From contig CBDFLE010000005.1 of the NCBI GenBank assembly GCA_965248925.1, positions 1,632,001 through 1,696,000 on the forward strand: 64,000 bases of DNA. Reading direction: 5' to 3'. This DNA is from Candidatus Multivoradales bacterium. Its GTDB lineage: Bacteria; Acidobacteriota; Thermoanaerobaculia; Multivoradales; J023. Shown here piece after piece: positions 19,894 to 29,291 of this stretch. The notes under the pieces are model-generated. The model was given only the letters and a program-made list of their open reading frames with translations. It had not been told where the DNA came from and did not search any database. Position numbers and translations under genes: made by a program. Within the stretch, counting starts at the first letter, position 1. Every line of letters starts with the position of its first letter.

Positions 19894-21461
19894 GGCGGCG
19901 TCTCCTCGCGGCGCGCGGCACTGTAGTAGCTGGCGCCGCGGACGTTGTGGTGCTCGATCGGCGCCGTCACTTCGGTGGGCTCGGGCGCTGCTTGCTGGTC
20001 CAGGCCGCTCTTCAGGATCGACTTCACGCTCTTGTAGGACAGGCCGTGAATGGCGAGCGCGCGGCGGCACGCAGCCTCCAAACGATTGGCACCATAGGTC
20101 TTGCCCAGGCGCATCAGCCCCAGACACGAGCGAAAGCCGTGCTGAGGATGGGAGCGGTTAAGCATGATGGTCTCCACCAGTTCGGCCGTCGCCTGGCCTG
20201 TTTTCGCCGCCCAGCTGATCAGCCGTGTCGGTGTCCACTCCAGGTACGCCTGGTGCGCTTTGGGCATGTGCTCGCTCTGGGTCGTGTGCCGACCCCGACA
20301 CCGATTGCGACGATGAGCAGCCACACGCTTGCCGCGATCGAGCACCTCCACCAGTTGCGCCGTCGCCCGCAGATCGAGCTGCTTCTTGATCAGCTGGTAC
20401 GGCACACTGTAATAGTGGCCCTCGAACTCGACGTGGTAGTCCGGGGCAACGCGTACCTTCTTCCATTCGGCAAGCTCGTAGGGCTGGAGCGGCAAAGCAC
20501 CCAGAGCAGGACGATCGACCTGCTCGAACAGCGCTCGGCGCGAGACGCCCAACACCTTCAGCGGACGGTCGTTAAGCTCGACCAGAAGCTTCGCGATGCT
20601 CTCGTTGAGCTCTCGCAGGCTGAAGAACTGCTGGTTACGCAGCCGGGCCAGAATCCAGCGCTCCACTTGCAATACACCATTTTCGACCTTCGCCTTGTCT
20701 TGGGGCTTCCTCACCCGCGCCGGCACCACCGCCACGCCGTAGTGCTCGGCCAACTCCGCGTAGGTGCGATTGATCTCCGGCTCGTAGCGGCACGGGCTGG
20801 TCACGCCGCTCTTCAGATTGTCCGGCACCACCAGCTCGCTCACCCCGCCCAGAGCCGCGAAGGTCCGCACATGAGAGCCGATCCAGTCCTCCAGGCCCTG
20901 GCTCCACGTTGCTTCGGCATAGGTGTAGTTGCTCGCCCCCAGCACCGCCACGAAGATCTGCGCTTCGCGCGCTTTGCCAGTCGCCGGGTCGATCACCCTC
21001 ACGGTCTGTCCGGCGTAGTCGACGAACAGCTTCTCGCCCGCCCGGTAGGCTTGGCGCAGGCACACATCCAGGCGCCCTTCCCAGATCCGGTACAGCTGAC
21101 AGAAGCGGCTGAGACCGTAGCCGTCGGGATGGTCCTCCCGGTACTCTTGCCACAGCAGCGACAGGGTTACGCCCTTCTTCTTCAGCTCGCCATGCACCTT
21201 GGTCCAGTCGGGCAAGGCTCGCTGACCACCCCTCCGAAGCGGCTGCGGCCGAGGGTACAGGCGTTGCTCCAGCTCAGCGTCGCTCAAAGCTGCTACTTGC
21301 TCCCAGCTCAGGCCTTCAACCTTGGCTCGCAGCAGGTAGTTGCACACCGTCACGTGGCCCAGCCGAACCGACCGTCCGATCTGGCGGTGCGACAGGCCAT
21401 GCTGCCATTTCAGTCTCAGTACCTCGCGTATCTTGCGCATCGATGTCCTCACTCTCGGCAT
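19887..21461 (-). CDS. istA: IS21 DDE transposase IstA
   Basis: N-terminal HTH, FVDYAG, VPDNLKS, PQDKAKVE, YSVPY and HHNVRG. Confidence 0.93.
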   Translation of the reverse strand: MPRVRTSMRKIREVLRLKWQHGLSHRQIGRSVRLGHVTVCNYLLRAKVEGLSWEQVAALSDAELEQRLYPRPQPLRRGGQRALPDWTKVHGELKKKGVTLSLLWQEYREDHPDGYGLSRFCQLYRIWEGRLDVCLRQAYRAGEKLFVDYAGQTVRVIDPATGKAREAQIFVAVLGASNYTYAEATWSQGLEDWIGSHVRTFAALGGVSELVVPDNLKSGVTSPCRYEPEINRTYAELAEHYGVAVVPARVRKPQDKAKVENGVLQVERWILARLRNQQFFSLRELNESIAKLLVELNDRPLKVLGVSRRALFEQVDRPALGALPLQPYELAEWKKVRVAPDYHVEFEGHYYSVPYQLIKKQLDLRATAQLVEVLDRGKRVAAHRRNRCRGRHTTQSEHMPKAHQAYLEWTPTRLISWAAKTGQATAELVETIMLNRSHPQHGFRSCLGLMRLGKTYGANRLEAACRRALAIHGLSYKSVKSILKSGLDQQAAPEPTEVTAPIEHHNVRGASYYSAARREETPPC

Positions 21462-21675
21462 CCAATCCTCCTTTCAAGGAGGCTGGAATACCCCAATTGT
21501 GAGGAGCGCGCTACCGTCGAACTCCGCCGTGGCCAGGATTCCGATCCAATCTGACCACCCATTCCGATCGACCCGGAAAAGTGGTCACTTTCGATCGGAA
21601 TCGATGGTCATATTCCGTTGGAATCACTGGTCACTTTCAATCGGAATCGGTGGTCGGTTTCCGTCGGTGCAGGCA

Positions 21676-22104
21676 CTTTCTTGTCACGACCCGCCAACGT
21701 CGCCTAGGAGGGGCTCAGTTTGAGCACATCGCTGTGGGATTCCTCGACGCGCAGTTCGCTGGCGAGCTGCTCGAGGCCGTTTCGGGCCGCCAGCTCAGGG
21801 ACGCACCTGGCTTCGCTGATCTGATTGAGCACCTCGGAGGCCATGCCCTAGCCGTCGAGCTGGCGGGCGCTTTCCTTGGGGCGTATACCGGCGAGACTCC
21901 GGCGGGCTATCACTCAGAGCTACAGGCCGGTGGCGGGATCGAGGCCGAGGCCAGCGAGTTCGTCCGTTACAACCGAACGGTCTCGCAAGCGTTCACGACA
22001 CTTTGGAGTCGCCTCGACGAGGCAACCCGCGCCGCTTGGCGCTTGGCGTCCTGGTTCGAGGCCGAACCGGTCACGGCCGAGCTTTCGGATACCGTCGGTT
22101 TGAC
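21676..22104 (+). pseudogene. Internal fragment of an NB-ARC/STAND NTPase
   Basis: FLVTTR (sensor 1) and LGGHALAVELAGAFL (GxPLA-like), followed by TVSQAFTTLWSRLD. No Walker A/B and no start of its own; bounded by IS21 and a Tn3 remnant. Confidence 0.72.
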
Positions 22105-22255
22105 CAGGCCCGAAACTAGCGTAGCGACCACCAGGGGCCACTTCGAGACCCAGCTCAGCCTGCCAGCGGCAAGCGTTCCTCCAGATCAAGCTCGAACTTC
22201 CCATAGGGATTGACGTGAGCGAAGAGCAGTGGTGTCAGGCCCCGGAGATCGTCTT
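22105..22255 (-). pseudogene. 3' end of an older Tn3-family transposase plus a degenerate terminal IR
   Basis: Minus strand encodes DDLRGLTPLLFAHVNPYGKFELDLEERLPLAG* (Tn3 TnpA C-terminal HxNxYG motif). CAGGCCCGAAACTA (22105-22118) matches the IR-like sequence at 30375-30388 in inverted orientation at 13/14 positions. Confidence 0.7.
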
Positions 22256-22302
22256 GGGGTACCCGTAGTAAATAGACAAAAAGCGTCGTTTTCGATTCAC
22301 CC

Positions 22303-25266
22303 CTACTCAACCTGGAGCGGTCGAAGCTCTCCTGAGGGAGGTGCGACGAGGTTGGAGAAGTCGTACCGGCCATATAGATTGATGTGCTCATAGATCGTAG
22401 GCGACAGCCGCTGGATGACCGCCTCCCTAGGCACGACCTTTCCGAGTCCTTCTAGATGCTCGAGAGCTGCACCAAGATAGATGGTGTTCCAGCAAATGAT
22501 GGCGTTGGTGACCAAGGTGAGGCACTGCGCCTGGAGATATTGGTCATCGGGTCGCCGACGATTCAGCCGGCCGAGGTTGGCGAAAAACAGCTGCCTGCGG
22601 AGCGCGTGGATTGACTCGCCTTTGTTCAACTGATCCAGAACCTGTCGCCGATGCACTGGGCTGTGTAGATAGCGGAGACTGGAAATGGTCTTGATGATCC
22701 GTCCGTACTCCTGGAGGCCTTGGGTAAGTGCGTTTTGGCGAGCCGAAGCCTGGAGCCTGGAGATCAACAGTGATGCTGGTGTATGCCCAGATCGGATTGT
22801 GGCGGCGACCCGGAGGAGGTCATCCCAGCGATCTAGGAATCGATCGGCCCTGATCCGGTGCCGAAGAAGGCTACTTGCGGGGCCCTCTGTCGGGGTTGTA
22901 GCGAGCCTCCAAAGTCGCTGACCGGCGAGCCCACGGATTCGAGGGGAGAAACGAAGGCCGGTGAGATCGAAGAGCCCAAACACCAAGTCTGTATAGCCCG
23001 CCGTATCGGTTGTGTGCTCCTCGATATCAAGGTCTGTTTCGTTGTCGAAGATGGCGTCAAGGACGAAGGTAGCCTCGCGCACCGTGGTGGGAATGACCCG
23101 GGCCCCGTACTGAGAATGCTGGTCTGAGGTCCAGGTATAGATGGTGGCGCCTTTGCCCGTGTAGTACCGCCGCAAGGCGCGAGCAGTGGGATTTCGGACA
23201 GTGAACGGGAAGCGCTGGCCGTCGGACGACGACAAAGTCCCACCACCCCAGACTTCGGCAAGCGGGTGGTTGTGCTGATAATTAACGAGGGCGGTGTTGG
23301 CAGCCGAGAGGGATTCATCTCGGACATACCAACTCTGGCACCAGGAGAGCTGGTCCGGGCTGAAGCCAGCGCAGCGGGCCATCCTGGCGACGCCGATATT
23401 GCAGCCATTGGCGACGAGCACTGCCAGGAGTTTCGAGATGTGGTCCTGTGTCCGCTCTGTGGCATGGCCAACATGGGTAAACGAGTCGAGGAAACCGCAC
23501 CAAGAGTTGACCTCGACGAGAATATCGACAAGATCGATATCAGGGATCAAGGCCACGATCTTGTCGCGAGCATGGGCGAGGGCAGGGTCGCGGTCAGCGA
23601 CGAGCGGCGAGATCACCAGCCGGTCGTTCTCGATCCGGACACCTCTCGCATCTTGGAGCGTCGCATCGAGCTTCTCGAGATTGGCGGTGAGCTGTCGGTC
23701 CAGGTCAGCCAGTTGCTGCCGACCGTCTAAAGCAATCCCTGTCTCAGCTTCGGCTCGGGGCCGGAGGTCCATCCAAGTGTCGTCGGGGAGGAGATAGTTC
23801 TTCGGGTCCTGGTGCCGGCGACTGTGCCCAACCCATAGGTTCGCTCCGCGCAGCGCCCCTCTCGTCTGAAACAAGGTACAGAGTTCCCAGGTCTTGCGGT
23901 CGATGCCGCCGTCAGAGTCCGTGAGGCAGCGTTTCCATCTGGCTGGGCTGAAATCGACCGGGGCGTCGGGCGGAACCAGCCTCGCCCCGCGCTCGTTGAG
24001 TTCTTTGAGGAGCCGGATCGCGTCGACAAGCGAATCGTCGGGGTCGGCGGCGCGGAAGTCGAATGTTGCAAGCACCTGCGGTGCGTACTTCCTCACCTGG
24101 CTATAGCGAGTGCGGAGCAAGTCTATGTAGTTGTCGTCTGCTGGCCGAGCCACCCTTTCCGCGTGCTCGATCGCTTCAGTCAAGGGCACTGGTCCCATGA
24201 CTTCGAAAATGTGGGCTCTGAGATCAGCGTCCGGAATATTGGCGTCCAGGATGAGACGTCCGACTCGGCCGAACAACCGGACTGCTTTGTTGGCCTCCTT
24301 GGCAGTCGAGCGTTTGATCTGATCCCGTTGAGAGCGAGCCCGGCGATCGACCGAGCCAAGCGCAGTATCGAACAGCTCGAGAATCTCGTCGGTCAGTGAG
24401 TAGATCGTCTCAACAGCGGTCGCGATCAGGATTTGATACCGGTGCTCTGGTTCGGTGCGGCGTAACGCCTGGGGCGTCATCCGCCCCCCGAGCCGCGCCA
24501 GGTACCGGACCCGATTGGGGCTCAACTCTCGTACGATCGACGGCTCGACACCGAGGGTCCAAAGCCGGTCTAGCTTGGTGAGCTGCGTGCGGATCATCAA
24601 AGCCATGGCGGCGGTCGCTTGCTGGCGGAGCCAAACCAGCGGGGTCATCTCAAGAGAGGGGTCGACCGCAAGAAGCCCATCCAGCCGATTCTGCAAGGCA
24701 TGATCGACGTGAGGTTCGAGCCTCCTCCAGGTGGCGTCAACAGCTCGCTTGCGCGCATGAGTAACAAGCCTCTCAAGAACAGTCACTCCAGGCCGAACCA
24801 GCTGTCTTGCTTTCAGGTGATCGCTAGCCATTCGGAACAAGGTGACCGGCCGGTCATGCTCCAAGGCGCGGTCTACCAACCACCGTTCTAGTGCCTCGAT
24901 GTCAGAGGGCTTGCAGCGGCAGAATCCAAGATGGATCTCGACGGCCAGTGCGTGCCTACTGAAGGTTCGCCGCCGCCCCGGATACGCTTTGAGGTCATCT
25001 GGGGTAGCGCCCACCTGGTCAGCCACGAAGCGGACCACCTCAGAGGGGGCCGAACTCAGGTCGGCAGGCACGAAGCCCAGGAGGCGAATGGCTCCGATCT
25101 GGAGCCCGGCAGCAATCCGACCGCCACCACGGTAGCGTCGAGAGATGATCGCCTGGTCATCGTCTTCGTTTAGGAAGAAACATGCCGCCAGGTCGTCGGG
25201 GTCTACTGAGGGTGGGAAGCGACCCAGAGATTTTCGGTCGGCCTTCGATAAGAACTGACCTGGCAT
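22303..25266 (-). CDS. tnpA: Tn3-family transposase (~987 aa)
   Basis: SSSDGQRF, EHTTDTAGYT, FSPRIR, LNKGES and HINLYGRY. ATG 25266 is preceded by GGGAGGG. Confidence 0.95.
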   Translation of the reverse strand: MPGQFLSKADRKSLGRFPPSVDPDDLAACFFLNEDDDQAIISRRYRGGGRIAAGLQIGAIRLLGFVPADLSSAPSEVVRFVADQVGATPDDLKAYPGRRRTFSRHALAVEIHLGFCRCKPSDIEALERWLVDRALEHDRPVTLFRMASDHLKARQLVRPGVTVLERLVTHARKRAVDATWRRLEPHVDHALQNRLDGLLAVDPSLEMTPLVWLRQQATAAMALMIRTQLTKLDRLWTLGVEPSIVRELSPNRVRYLARLGGRMTPQALRRTEPEHRYQILIATAVETIYSLTDEILELFDTALGSVDRRARSQRDQIKRSTAKEANKAVRLFGRVGRLILDANIPDADLRAHIFEVMGPVPLTEAIEHAERVARPADDNYIDLLRTRYSQVRKYAPQVLATFDFRAADPDDSLVDAIRLLKELNERGARLVPPDAPVDFSPARWKRCLTDSDGGIDRKTWELCTLFQTRGALRGANLWVGHSRRHQDPKNYLLPDDTWMDLRPRAEAETGIALDGRQQLADLDRQLTANLEKLDATLQDARGVRIENDRLVISPLVADRDPALAHARDKIVALIPDIDLVDILVEVNSWCGFLDSFTHVGHATERTQDHISKLLAVLVANGCNIGVARMARCAGFSPDQLSWCQSWYVRDESLSAANTALVNYQHNHPLAEVWGGGTLSSSDGQRFPFTVRNPTARALRRYYTGKGATIYTWTSDQHSQYGARVIPTTVREATFVLDAIFDNETDLDIEEHTTDTAGYTDLVFGLFDLTGLRFSPRIRGLAGQRLWRLATTPTEGPASSLLRHRIRADRFLDRWDDLLRVAATIRSGHTPASLLISRLQASARQNALTQGLQEYGRIIKTISSLRYLHSPVHRRQVLDQLNKGESIHALRRQLFFANLGRLNRRRPDDQYLQAQCLTLVTNAIICWNTIYLGAALEHLEGLGKVVPREAVIQRLSPTIYEHINLYGRYDFSNLVAPPSGELRPLQVE

Positions 25267-25319
25267 CGTACCCTCCCTTCGATTGCCCACGAGACGTCGA
25301 TGGCCTCTGAGTTGCAAGG

Positions 25320-25450
25320 CTCAGGGTCTCTTTTCAGGGATATGGGCAGGTTTTAGAAGCTTAGGTTAGGATACCGGTTATGAGACTAGATTCAAGGCTC
25401 GCAAGAGGCGTTTACGAGGTGTCTCTAAAACGAACGTTTCGGAGACACCC
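25320..25450. promoter_or_regulatory. Putative res site and divergent tnpA/tnpR promoter region
   Basis: Relatively AT-rich gap between divergent tnpA and tnpR with the inverted repeat GGTGTCTC (25418-25425) / GAGACACC (25442-25449) and further GTCTC/GAGAC half-sites. Confidence 0.6.
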
Positions 25451-26062
25451 ATGCTGATCGGCTACGCCCGGGTGTCCAAGGCTGATGGCTCGCAGAGTCT
25501 GAGCCTCCAGACCGACGCTTTGGAGGCTGCCGGAATCAGCCGAGACCGGATCTACGAAGACCGAGCTTCGGGCAAGACGGATAATCGGCCAGGCCTGGAC
25601 ACCTGCTTGAAGGCCCTCCGCGAAGGCGACATATTGGTGATCTGGAAGCTGGATCGGCTAGGTCGCAGCCTCCAGCATCTGGTCAATACGGTGCAGAATC
25701 TCAACGACCTGAGCATTGGCTTGAAGGTGCTCACTGGCCAGGGGGCCAACATCGATACTACTAACCCCAGCGGAAAGTTAATCTTCGGCATCTTCGCCGC
25801 CTTGGCTGAATTCGAGCGAGAGCTGATTCGGGAGCGGACGAAGGCAGGCCTGGCAGCCGCGCGAGCTCGTGGAAGAAACGGAGGGAGGCCTCACAGCCTG
25901 AGCAAGGCTCAGGTGCGACTAGCGCAAGCTGGGATGGGCCAGAGAGAGATGAATGTCCGAGAACTTTGCAGCGAGCTGGGGGTCTCCAAAGCGACGCTCT
26001 ATCGGTACGTAGGGCCAAAGGGCGAGCTTCGAGAACGTGGACGCAAGATTCTGGGTGCCTAG
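25451..26062 (+). CDS. tnpR: Serine resolvase
   Basis: LIGYARVS (catalytic Ser), RPGL, KLDRLGRS, AEFERELIRERT and a C-terminal HTH LGVSKATLYRY. Confidence 0.95.
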   Translation: MLIGYARVSKADGSQSLSLQTDALEAAGISRDRIYEDRASGKTDNRPGLDTCLKALREGDILVIWKLDRLGRSLQHLVNTVQNLNDLSIGLKVLTGQGANIDTTNPSGKLIFGIFAALAEFERELIRERTKAGLAAARARGRNGGRPHSLSKAQVRLAQAGMGQREMNVRELCSELGVSKATLYRYVGPKGELRERGRKILGA

Positions 26063-26169
26063 GGCACCCCGTAGGCGCCATTGGGTGCACGGAGGTGCTC
26101 ACCAAGGCTCCTTTTTTTGCTCGACGCTAGAAATAGCTGTGAGCGTTCTGTCCGGAGGGCCAAAGGAAT

Positions 26170-27477
26170 ATGTCGCGATCTGAACAGCCTCGGGTCTTCG
26201 TCTCCTACGCCTGGGAAGACAAGGATTACAAGACCTGGGTCAAGCGTCTCGCAAAGCGGCTTCGCGCCGACGGCGTGAACGCCCGTCTCGATGCTTGGCA
26301 CCTGGACGGAAGGCCATTCGGGGACTTCATGACCGCCGAGGTGGAGGACGCCGACTGGGTGCTCCTCGTCTGCTCGCCGAAGTACCGCGAGAAGGTCAAG
26401 GCCATGCAGTCGGGGCAAAGGCCCACCGGCTCAGGGTGGGAGCTGAGTCTCTTGACCAGCGCCATTCTGGATGCCGAAGGCCCGAAGGTGGCTTTGGCGC
26501 TCGGCCGAGGAGAGCGGAGGCGCTCGATTCCATTCGGCTTCAAGGGGCGGGAGTGTCACGACCTCACCGACGCGGCGACTTTGGAGGAGAATTACCGCTC
26601 TCTGCTCCAAGAGCTCCTCGGAGCTACGGAAAGGGCGCCGGGCGTGGGCACCAAGCCCCTCAACCTCCGAGATCCGGAAATAGAGCCCATGCGGGCGCCA
26701 GCCCCGGCATCGGCCGCGGGAGAGGCCGCCTCGACGGGGCAGAACTCGGATTCGAGGCGTCCTGCCTCACCGGCGCCGGAGGTTTCGATCTCGGCGCCCA
26801 CCCCGAGACCAACGCCCGCTAGAAAGCCGGAAGAGGTTCCTGGCACCTCCTTCGGCCGACGCTTCTTCTGGGGGGTCTCGATCGGTCTCCTCGGTGTCTT
26901 GGCGACCGCGTTGGCCTGGTGCTACCCGCGCCCACCGTCGGGGTCTGTTGCTCCGGACGAGCCCTCTCTTCCTGCTCTCTATGCCATGCGGGTCCAAGTC
27001 CTAGATCCGAGCGGTTTGCCGGTAAGCGGCTCGAAGCTCAGGCTCTCCTCTGGGAGTGAACCACAGCTTCTTCCCGATGGCTGGTGGGAGATCGAGATTC
27101 CGCAAGTCAAGATCCCCCTCGATCGACGGGTGACCCTGTGGGCCGAGCATCATGAGTGGCGGACCGCCAGGAAGGTGGTGGAGCTCGGGGAGGACTCCAA
27201 CCCTAGTGTCGAGATCCTCCTGAAGGTGCCGAGGGAGAAGATTTCCGGGGTGGTCGTGGGGCCAGAAGGCCGCGCCGTCGAAGGGGCTCGGCTGAGTCTG
27301 CAGAACTTCGAGGGTCCTACCGTCCTCAGCAACCGGGATGGGCAGTTTGAGCTCTGGGTGATAGCAGCGCAGGACCAACTGGCTCATTTCCAGATCGAGC
27401 ATCCGGAGTTCCCGGCTCAAGACGGCAGCTGCTTCGTTGGCCGTAGCAACTGCGACCTTGTGTTAGAGCCGAAATAG
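26170..27477 (+). CDS. TIR/SEFIR domain - Pro-rich linker - TM - two carboxypeptidase-regulatory-like beta domains
   Basis: RVFVSYAWED..WVKRLAKRLRADGV..LDAW, VLLVCSPKY and GSGWE; TM FFWGVSIGLLGVLATALAWC; VQVLDPSGLPVSGS and ISGVVVGPEGRAVEGA..SNRDGQF. Confidence 0.8.
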   Translation: MSRSEQPRVFVSYAWEDKDYKTWVKRLAKRLRADGVNARLDAWHLDGRPFGDFMTAEVEDADWVLLVCSPKYREKVKAMQSGQRPTGSGWELSLLTSAILDAEGPKVALALGRGERRRSIPFGFKGRECHDLTDAATLEENYRSLLQELLGATERAPGVGTKPLNLRDPEIEPMRAPAPASAAGEAASTGQNSDSRRPASPAPEVSISAPTPRPTPARKPEEVPGTSFGRRFFWGVSIGLLGVLATALAWCYPRPPSGSVAPDEPSLPALYAMRVQVLDPSGLPVSGSKLRLSSGSEPQLLPDGWWEIEIPQVKIPLDRRVTLWAEHHEWRTARKVVELGEDSNPSVEILLKVPREKISGVVVGPEGRAVEGARLSLQNFEGPTVLSNRDGQFELWVIAAQDQLAHFQIEHPEFPAQDGSCFVGRSNCDLVLEPK

Positions 27478-27794
27478 ACCAATGGCGAGTGCGCTCGGCC
27501 TGGAAGGATGAGCTGGCCAGCGGGACGTGCTCGATGGGAAGGAGAGAATATTGATGGACTCAACACAGATACAGAAATCTACTCGCTTGGCTCGGGGTGG
27601 CCTTCTCCGTTCGGCCGCATTCCTTGCGGGTGCTGGACTCGCATTGGCGCTGGCGGCTCAAGTTACTGAGATCTCGATCAAGGCCCTTGACCCTCACCGT
27701 AAGGTTGTCCAGGGGATCTGGTTCACCTTCGGAGAGGTCGTGAGTCGACCTACGGGCAGTACGGGAGTCACTACCCTCCAGATACCTGCCATAG

Positions 27795-29291
27795 CAGCCC
27801 GTGGTGAAAGTCCCGATTACGGCCGTCTTGGCGATCTTCCCTGGTAGAATCTTTCCACCCGAGGGAGGTAGCGACCATGGCGATGGGCAGGCGAAGCAAA
27901 CGAAGACAGCGGCAGCTCTGGGTGGAAACCCAGGCGCTGGCCAAGTCCCCAGGACATCCTTTCTACGAGCGTCTGTCCAAGATTCTCGACAAGCACGGTT
28001 TCGATCGCTTTATCGAGGAGCAGTGCGCGAGGTTTTACGCTACGAGGATGGGACGGCCTTCGCTGGCGCCCGCGGTGTATTTTCGGTTGCTGTTGATCGG
28101 CTTCTTCGAGGGTATCGACTCTGAGCGAGGTATCGCATGGCGGCTTGCGGATTCGATGACTCTGCGCGACTTTCTGGGCTTCGAACTCTCGGACCAGACC
28201 CCGGACCATTCGACGCTCTCTCGGACCCGTCGCCTGATCGATCTCGAGACCCATGAGGCGGTGTTTGCTTGGGCTTTGCAAGTACTGGCGAAGGCTGGCT
28301 TGCTCCGGGGAAAGACGCTGGGCATCGATGCGACGACCCTCGAGGCGAACGCGGCGATGCGCAGCATCGTGCGTCGAGACTCGGGCGAGAGCTACGAAGA
28401 GTTTCTCACGCGCCTGGCCGAGGCTTCGGGTGTGGAGACCCCGACGCGAGCGGATCTGGCGCGTTTTGACCGCCAAAGGAAGAACAAAAAGACGTCGAAC
28501 GGCGACTGGAAGAACCCCCACGATCCCGACGCCAAAGTCACGCGAATGAAGGATGGGCGGACGCATCTGGCGCACAAAGCCGAGCATGCGGTGGATATGG
28601 AGACGGGTGCGGTTGTGGCGGTGACGGTGCAACCTGCAGACCGAGGGGACACGTCGAGCCTAGAGCGGACGTTGGATGAAGTCGCTGCGGTGCTGGAAGA
28701 TGTCGTTGAGGATTCGGAGGCTGGCGATCACTTGAGCGAGAAAGTCCGTTCAGAGCTGGTGGCTGACAAGGGCTATCACAGTAACGCGGTCATGAAGGCA
28801 CAGCGTCAAGGGAAGATTCGAACCTATATTTCGGAACCGGATCGAGGCCGACGCAACTGGTGCGGCAAAGAGGCGGAGAAGCAAGCGGTGTATGCCAACC
28901 GTCGACGGATCAAGGGTCGTCGAGGCCGCGAGCTGTCGCGGCGTCGAGGAGAGAAAGTAGAACGCACCTTTGCCCATTGCTACGAGACTGGCGGTATGAG
29001 AAGGACCCACCTTCGAGGTCACGACAACATCCGCAAAAGGTTGCTGATTCACATCGCGGGATTCAATCTTGGGCTGCTGCTTCGTCAAATGTATGGAGCC
29101 GGCACTCCACGGGCCCTTCAGGGCTTTCTTTCGGCTCTCGAACAGGGCTTTCGCGCCGTATATAGCTTGCTGAGCTGGCTTCTGCCGCACGAGAGCGGAT
29201 ATTGGCCACTAAGATCTTCGATCAGACCACCTGCGCCGGCTGGCCTCAATTTAGGCCACATTTTGTAGAAACGGACTTCTGCCACGGGCTG
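27795..29291 (+). mobile_element. IS1182-like (DUF772 DDE) insertion sequence, 1497 bp, 4-bp target duplication ATAG
   Basis: IRs CAGCCCGTGGTGAAAGTCC and, reverse-complemented, CAGCCCGTGGCAGAAGTCC (16/19). ATAG at 27791-27794 and 29292-29295. Confidence 0.88.
27877..29268 (+). CDS. DDE transposase (IS1182/IS5-like with DUF772 N-terminus)
   Basis: GRPSLAP..GIDSER, PDHSTLSR, IDATTLEANA, DPDA, ADKGYHS and VERTFA. Confidence 0.9.
   Translation: MAMGRRSKRRQRQLWVETQALAKSPGHPFYERLSKILDKHGFDRFIEEQCARFYATRMGRPSLAPAVYFRLLLIGFFEGIDSERGIAWRLADSMTLRDFLGFELSDQTPDHSTLSRTRRLIDLETHEAVFAWALQVLAKAGLLRGKTLGIDATTLEANAAMRSIVRRDSGESYEEFLTRLAEASGVETPTRADLARFDRQRKNKKTSNGDWKNPHDPDAKVTRMKDGRTHLAHKAEHAVDMETGAVVAVTVQPADRGDTSSLERTLDEVAAVLEDVVEDSEAGDHLSEKVRSELVADKGYHSNAVMKAQRQGKIRTYISEPDRGRRNWCGKEAEKQAVYANRRRIKGRRGRELSRRRGEKVERTFAHCYETGGMRRTHLRGHDNIRKRLLIHIAGFNLGLLLRQMYGAGTPRALQGFLSALEQGFRAVYSLLSWLLPHESGYWPLRSSIRPPAPAGLNLGHIL

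Larger units (their letters stand above)
18778..21675 (-). mobile_element. IS21-family insertion sequence (istA-istB)
   Basis: Imperfect terminal IRs TGCCTATTCCGACGAAACTGACCA (from 18778) and, reverse-complemented, TGCCTGCACCGACGGAAACCGACCA (ending 21675); multiple subterminal repeats at ~21540-21670; no target duplication. Confidence 0.9.

Noticed and set aside
19894-20127. N-terminal extension of IstB given in the ORF track
   Set aside because: It overlaps istA. The typical IstB start MLRHATL at 19893 is coupled to the istA stop.
19947-21554. 535-aa plus-strand ORF, and similar long antisense ORFs (2255-3187, 15216-16613, 33377-34387, 40856-41656)
   Set aside because: They lie opposite well-supported genes and carry no recognisable motifs; long shadow ORFs are expected in high-GC DNA.
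21535-21675. Repeated GGTCA/TCGGAAT units as a possible CRISPR array or iterons
   Set aside because: No unique spacers of regular length. They match the IS21 terminus and are the usual subterminal transposase-binding repeats.
26053-26118. Hairpins and a T-run after tnpR as an intrinsic terminator
   Set aside because: GGGTGCC-TAG-GGCACCC overlaps the stop codon but lies ~40 nt from the T7 run, and the nearer stem is imperfect; support is insufficient.
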